A program made the position numbers and the translations under genes. From contig CP060761.1 of assembly GCA_023205875.1 (NCBI GenBank), forward strand, positions 434,001 to 498,000: a stretch of DNA of 64,000 bases. Direction: 5' to 3'. Origin of the DNA: Chloropicon primus (taxonomy: Eukaryota). Positions 59,623-64,000 of the stretch are shown piece by piece. The notes under the pieces are model-generated. The model searched no databases. It saw only the letters and a list, made by a program, of their open reading frames with translations, and was not told the DNA's origin. How positions within the stretch are numbered: the first letter of the stretch is position 1; the number at the start of each line of letters is the position of its first letter.

Positions 59623-60153
59623 ATGGAGGGGTACAAGGCAATGTCGAGGCGATTGGCAGTGGCAATGGTTTGGAAAACGGTATTGGGTTGCGTTTTCCTC
59701 GGCCTTGGAATCCACTTCATCCTGTACAACCTCGACGACGTGATTGAGGACGACGACGATCTTCCGACCATGTTTTGGGTCGGCTTCGGCTTTGCTGTCG
59801 GGGGCTCCATCCTCCTGATTTTCATGGTCGTCAATCTGGTTCAGTACATTCGCAATTCGACGGCCATGTCCACCCAGCACCGCGCGGACCAGCAGCAAGC
59901 CTATGCCTGGCAGCAGCAAGCCTACACCGGGCAGCAGCAAGTCTACACCGGGCAGCAGCAAGCCTACACCGGGCAGCAGCAGCCTTACCCACAGCCCCAG
60001 CAAGCTTATGGGCCCAGCGACGTGGCCATGGGGACCCCGGCGCAAGGAAATTACCAAGTCTCCGTTCCGCCGGCATACAACGCGAAACCCACGAACGCTG
60101 CCCAAAGTGCAGCAGGACCCTCAGCTCCACTCCAGGGAGTGTACAAGTTATAA
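59623..60153 (+). CDS. Small two-TM membrane protein with a Q/Y/P-rich repetitive tail
   Basis: Two hydrophobic segments, then QQQAYxG heptads encoded by a 21-bp repeat (~59890-59988). The start could alternatively be 59584. Confidence 0.65.
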   Translation: MEGYKAMSRRLAVAMVWKTVLGCVFLGLGIHFILYNLDDVIEDDDDLPTMFWVGFGFAVGGSILLIFMVVNLVQYIRNSTAMSTQHRADQQQAYAWQQQAYTGQQQVYTGQQQAYTGQQQPYPQPQQAYGPSDVAMGTPAQGNYQVSVPPAYNAKPTNAAQSAAGPSAPLQGVYKL

Positions 60154-60172
60154 AAAGTCTCTTGCACGTTAG

Positions 60173-60207
<35 letters not shown>

Positions 60208-60298
60208 AAGTGGTGTCCCTCAGGCTCCCTCCCTCCAAAGCCCCTGAGAGCTTGAGCTTGGACTGTGAAACGGCCGAGCGTTACACAATAATCGAGAG

Positions 60299-62125
60299 AT
60301 GGACAGCGACGGCGGACTGGGTTTGGTGGAGGCGGCGATCGCGTTGGCGGCGGCGGCGCCTCTGGAAACCTCAGGCGAGACGGTTGTCGAACCCTCTTCC
60401 TCCTCGTCGTCGGATGGGATCCTTTCGTTCTCGAACTTGAGCGATGCGTACGACGAGCTCGCGGTTCCCAAAGCGGTGAGGCCGCCCCTCCTCCCTCCCT
60501 CGCCACCGAACGCTGGCGGGAGGAGGAGGAGGAAGAAGAAAAGGTACGATGAGTACGTCACGACGCACGAGCTCGGCTTCCTCGGCAGCTCGTCGTTTAC
60601 GGAAGGGGGCTCGGAAGCGGAAGCGAGCACGAGGAGGTCATCCCAGGCGGTGAAGCCCCCTGTCCCGAAACCCAAGGGCTTCAAGGGGAGCATCGGGAAG
60701 CGCAAGAGGATCATCACGCTCAACTACCCTCCGGATGAATACTTGGAGCGGGTGGCCGAGCACCAATATGTTCTTCACGGAGGAAGGTCCGTTGCGGTAC
60801 GAAAGTCCGACCTGGATCCCCTCATCGGCGTCGACCAGGCGATGTCCAGCAAGTACAGGGCGCGGTTCAAGAGCACGTACCTTGGCCGGTTCCCCTCCCG
60901 AGAGGAGGCAGCGAGGGCTCACGACACGGCTGCGATCATGCACTTGATCAAAGAAGCGGAGGGGGAGGAGGCCGTGGGCGATGCAAGGGTGGCGGGCACC
61001 GTCCTGAGGCAGAAGAAGAGAGCCAAGGTGGAGGTGGAGGGGATGATCAAGAAGAAGAAGAAGGCAGGAAGACCGAAAAAGAAAATTCGAAAGGTTCCTC
61101 CAAATCCCATGATGGGCGTCACGGCGGAGGTGAGGCACAAGGCGAAGGGCATCATCCCATCGTGGCTCGTATCCGACGTGAACGACATATTTTTCCTCGA
61201 CCGCATAGATTTCGTGGGCCGCCAGTGCATCACGTCGTGCGAATGCTCGCTTGTTCTGCAAAAGAGGGACGCGTGCCTCTCCAGCACGACCTTGACCTTC
61301 GAACTGCCCCGAAGATGCGTGGAGGAGCTCTCCAAGCACACCGGCAGCTCGCAGCCCCTCGTCACCGAGATCGTGGATGAGATGGATGACGCGAGACTCC
61401 TTCTGACGGGCCACTTCATGGCGGTCCAGTCGGAGGATGCTGGCTGGACCGGTTTCCTTCGCTTGGAGGGGAAGTGGGGCCAGTACGCAAGAAGTAGGCT
61501 ATTCGCAGCAGGGGACGCCATCTCGATGCTTTTCACTTTCCACACCAAAAAGCTTCCAAGGCTCACCAAAAGTTTTGCCTTGGCGCCGGACAAGGAGGTG
61601 AGCGTGTTCGCGAGACTATCGGTTACAAGGAACGCGATCCCGCCACAGATCACAATCCTCGAACCAAACGTCGAGAGCGAGATCGGGTCGAAAGAGCTCG
61701 GGTTTGTTTACGTCCCCGGAAGGCTCAGGAAGGGCGCCGTCTCGGACGCCTTGCGAAGGATGAAATCTTTCGACGACCTCTCGACGATTCTTAAAAGCAA
61801 GCTGGACGATGCCATCACAGTGAACCACCGAATGAGGGTCGCCGCAGTGTCTCCGGAGAAAGGCCATGGAATCTGGCTCCTCGAGGAAGTGACGCGCGGC
61901 GAGGTTCTCTTCGAGTACGGCGGTCTGGAAGTCAGCGAAGAATGCGTTCACCAATCATCGGCCTACTTCCTCAATAACGTGGATGCAACCCACTTTGGAA
62001 ACGTGTCCAGGTTCGTGAATCAGTCCCAGGACCCGAACCTCGAGGTAGTCTTGGTCCACAATCGCATCCTCTTCCGAGCCAAGCGTAAGATCCTCGAAGG
62101 AGAGGTCCTCACCATCTCCCACTAA
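60299..62125 (+). CDS. Multidomain nuclear protein: AP2 + B3-like + degenerate SET
   Basis: AP2 'YRARF..TYLGRFPSREEAARAHDTAA'; B3-like 'LEGKWGQYARSRLFAAGDAISM'; SET 'KGHGI...GEVLFEYGG...DATHFGNVSRFVNQSQDPN...FRAKRKILEGEVLT'. Confidence 0.75.
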   Translation: MDSDGGLGLVEAAIALAAAAPLETSGETVVEPSSSSSSDGILSFSNLSDAYDELAVPKAVRPPLLPPSPPNAGGRRRRKKKRYDEYVTTHELGFLGSSSFTEGGSEAEASTRRSSQAVKPPVPKPKGFKGSIGKRKRIITLNYPPDEYLERVAEHQYVLHGGRSVAVRKSDLDPLIGVDQAMSSKYRARFKSTYLGRFPSREEAARAHDTAAIMHLIKEAEGEEAVGDARVAGTVLRQKKRAKVEVEGMIKKKKKAGRPKKKIRKVPPNPMMGVTAEVRHKAKGIIPSWLVSDVNDIFFLDRIDFVGRQCITSCECSLVLQKRDACLSSTTLTFELPRRCVEELSKHTGSSQPLVTEIVDEMDDARLLLTGHFMAVQSEDAGWTGFLRLEGKWGQYARSRLFAAGDAISMLFTFHTKKLPRLTKSFALAPDKEVSVFARLSVTRNAIPPQITILEPNVESEIGSKELGFVYVPGRLRKGAVSDALRRMKSFDDLSTILKSKLDDAITVNHRMRVAAVSPEKGHGIWLLEEVTRGEVLFEYGGLEVSEECVHQSSAYFLNNVDATHFGNVSRFVNQSQDPNLEVVLVHNRILFRAKRKILEGEVLTISH

Positions 62126-62364
62126 ACTTACTTTTTGTCATCCACTCAGCAGACTCAGATGAGAGGTCCCAGGCCCTGGCAAACCTCCAATCGTCGTCCA
62201 TGCAGGCTCTTCAATGGACTTGAGAGGAGGCTATCTCCTTCACTCTCAAGCCAAATTGCTTCACTTCATCCACCATCCCCTCTCCCTGTCCCTGTCTCTG
62301 TCCCTGTCCTGTCCTCCTCTGAGCCTCTGGCCTTCCCGCTCTTTCCGTCAGCTGACGGAACGCG

Positions 62365-64000
62365 ATGGCGATGGCGAAGGAAGGGCCCCTCTCGATGGAG
62401 GACCTTCTCCAGGACGCCGAGGGGGAGGACGACTACGGCGACGGAGGAGGAGGAACACCGCACCAGGATCCTCAAGTCTTCCTCACTCCTTTGCCTTCGC
62501 AACATCCGACGCAACAACAGATGCCTTCGCCTCATGCAGAAGCTGCGAGAAAGAGGCTGCCTTCTCCCTTGTCCTCCATGAGGAAGAAGAAGGTGTATGC
62601 CGTGCTAAGGGGGAGGAAGCCGGGAGTGTACGACACGTGGGAAGAAGCGCGAGAGCAGATCGATGGGTTCAGTGGAGCCGAATTCAGGAAGTTCACTTCC
62701 GTGTCGGACGCAGAGACTTTCCTTGGACAAGACAGAGATCATCCTCATCCTCAGGATCATCCTCCTCAGGTGGTTGCCATTGATGTGGAGGAACCGGCAG
62801 GATCTGCAGGTACGAGGAAACGGAAGGCGGAGAGTCCGGGTCCACCGTCTCCATCGGTGTACAACTCCATCGGAGTTGAGGAAGGGGAGACTCTGCTGAA
62901 GAAGTTTGGGTTGGGGAGAGAAGGGAGCAACTCGGTGGGGAGCAACCCGGTGCGAGAGAGCGGAGGTGGGTCGAAGCGGAGGGGTGGGATACGATTAGGT
63001 CTGAACACTGGCGTTGGAGAACCATCTTCCTTGTCGAGCATGTGTCCTCCCAAGGCACGGGATCGGGAGAAGGGCAAGCGTGCCGAGAGCTGGGTTGAAT
63101 CGGTGCCCAGGAGTCCAAGGAGTGCGGAGCAGAAGCTGTCGCCGGGCCAGGAGAGGGCAATCAAGCAGGTGCTGACGGGGAGAAGCGTCTTTATCACAGG
63201 TGGGGCGGGTGTTGGAAAGTCCTTTCTCGTGGAAAAGGTTGTTGAGGCCCTGAATAAGCGGGGATCAAAGGTCCAGATATGCGCGACCACCGGCATCGCA
63301 GCCGTGAACATCGGGGGGCAAACCATCCACAGCTTCGCAGGAATACCAATCGACAAGGAGAGCAAGGAATCCTTGGCGGAGAAGTTGTACAAGAAGAGGG
63401 CCGTGCGAAAGAGGTGGCAAGACATACAAGTGCTGCTGATCGACGAGATATCCATGGTTCCCGCCGACCTCTTTGACACGCTGGACTTCATCGCGAAGAG
63501 GTGCAGGGGCACAGAAGTGAATGGCCGCGCCCTGCTCCAGAAGGATCCGATGGGCGGGCTCCAGGTGGTCGCTGTGGGGGACTTCTTTCAGCTCCCCCCT
63601 GCCGAAAGCCGGTGCAACTTCGTCTTCGAGTCCGCTGCCTGGAAGAAGCTAGACTTCGTCAACGTCGTCCTGAAGCACGTCTGGAGGCAGAGTGACCCAA
63701 CGTTTGTGAACATGCTGAACGAGCTGAGGCTCGGGCAAGTGAGTGAAGGAACGCTGCACAGGCTTCTGCAGTGCGACAGACCTCTTAGTCAGACGGACGG
63801 GATCCTGCCCACGATGCTTTATCCTCACAGGAGGAACGTGGACAGCGAGAACAAAAGGTTCTTCGACAAATTGCAAGGGCAAGTGAGAGAGTACGAGTGC
63901 AAGGACTTTGTCAACTGCGACAGGGCAAGGCCGTACTTGCAGCAGCTGAATAAAATCAACGTTCCCGGAATCTTGGAGACGAAACCAAGGATGCAGGTGA
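62365..64000 (+). CDS. PIF1: Pif1-family 5'-3' DNA helicase with N-terminal RNase H1-type hybrid-binding (Cauli_VI) domain; 3' end outside window
   Basis: Not in ORF track because there is no stop in the window. Single open frame from ATG 62365: 'YAVLRGRKPGVYDTWEEAREQIDGFSGAEFRKF', Walker A 'GGAGVGKS' (63199-63222), 'ATTGIAAVNIGGQTIHSFAG', 'DEISM', 'GDFFQLPP', 'VWRQSD'. Confidence 0.93.
   Translation, partial: MAMAKEGPLSMEDLLQDAEGEDDYGDGGGGTPHQDPQVFLTPLPSQHPTQQQMPSPHAEAARKRLPSPLSSMRKKKVYAVLRGRKPGVYDTWEEAREQIDGFSGAEFRKFTSVSDAETFLGQDRDHPHPQDHPPQVVAIDVEEPAGSAGTRKRKAESPGPPSPSVYNSIGVEEGETLLKKFGLGREGSNSVGSNPVRESGGGSKRRGGIRLGLNTGVGEPSSLSSMCPPKARDREKGKRAESWVESVPRSPRSAEQKLSPGQERAIKQVLTGRSVFITGGAGVGKSFLVEKVVEALNKRGSKVQICATTGIAAVNIGGQTIHSFAGIPIDKESKESLAEKLYKKRAVRKRWQDIQVLLIDEISMVPADLFDTLDFIAKRCRGTEVNGRALLQKDPMGGLQVVAVGDFFQLPPAESRCNFVFESAAWKKLDFVNVVLKHVWRQSDPTFVNMLNELRLGQVSEGTLHRLLQCDRPLSQTDGILPTMLYPHRRNVDSENKRFFDKLQGQVREYECKDFVNCDRARPYLQQLNKINVPGILETKPRMQV

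Noticed and set aside
62365..64000. Pif1 as part of a Helitron
   Set aside because: No HUH/Rep domain precedes the helicase, and the motifs resemble cellular Pif1; the downstream part is outside the window.

Overview
Eukaryotic nuclear DNA from a very compact, GC-rich, intron-poor green alga. Gene content (plastid GapA, CRTISO, PsbP-domain, PPR), short GT-AG introns with CTGAC branch sites, TGTAA 3' signals and a 'GHLDVLQWARSQDPPC' ankyrin family suggest a picoplanktonic chlorophyte such as Chloropicon; this is an inference, not verified. I support about 33 protein-coding genes. Several were reconstructed by hand across introns, and two run off the window ends and are absent from the ORF track (HPPK-DHPS at left, a Pif1 helicase at right). 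No rRNA, tRNA, CRISPR or transposase was seen. Most noteworthy: (1) an apparent AP2 + B3 + degenerate SET fusion; (2) an F-box-like/ankyrin gene whose 87-bp repeats are near-identical except at fixed hypervariable positions, bracketed by two copies of a dispersed non-coding element; (3) a head-to-head pair of Cys-loop ligand-gated ion channel paralogues; (4) a ~2 kb gene-free AT-rich island, a candidate centromere; (5) a Pif1 helicase fused to an RNase H1-type hybrid-binding domain; (6) a membrane-anchored animal-type haem peroxidase beside a secreted Asp/Tyr-rich protein. All domain calls come from motif recognition by eye; no database searches were run.
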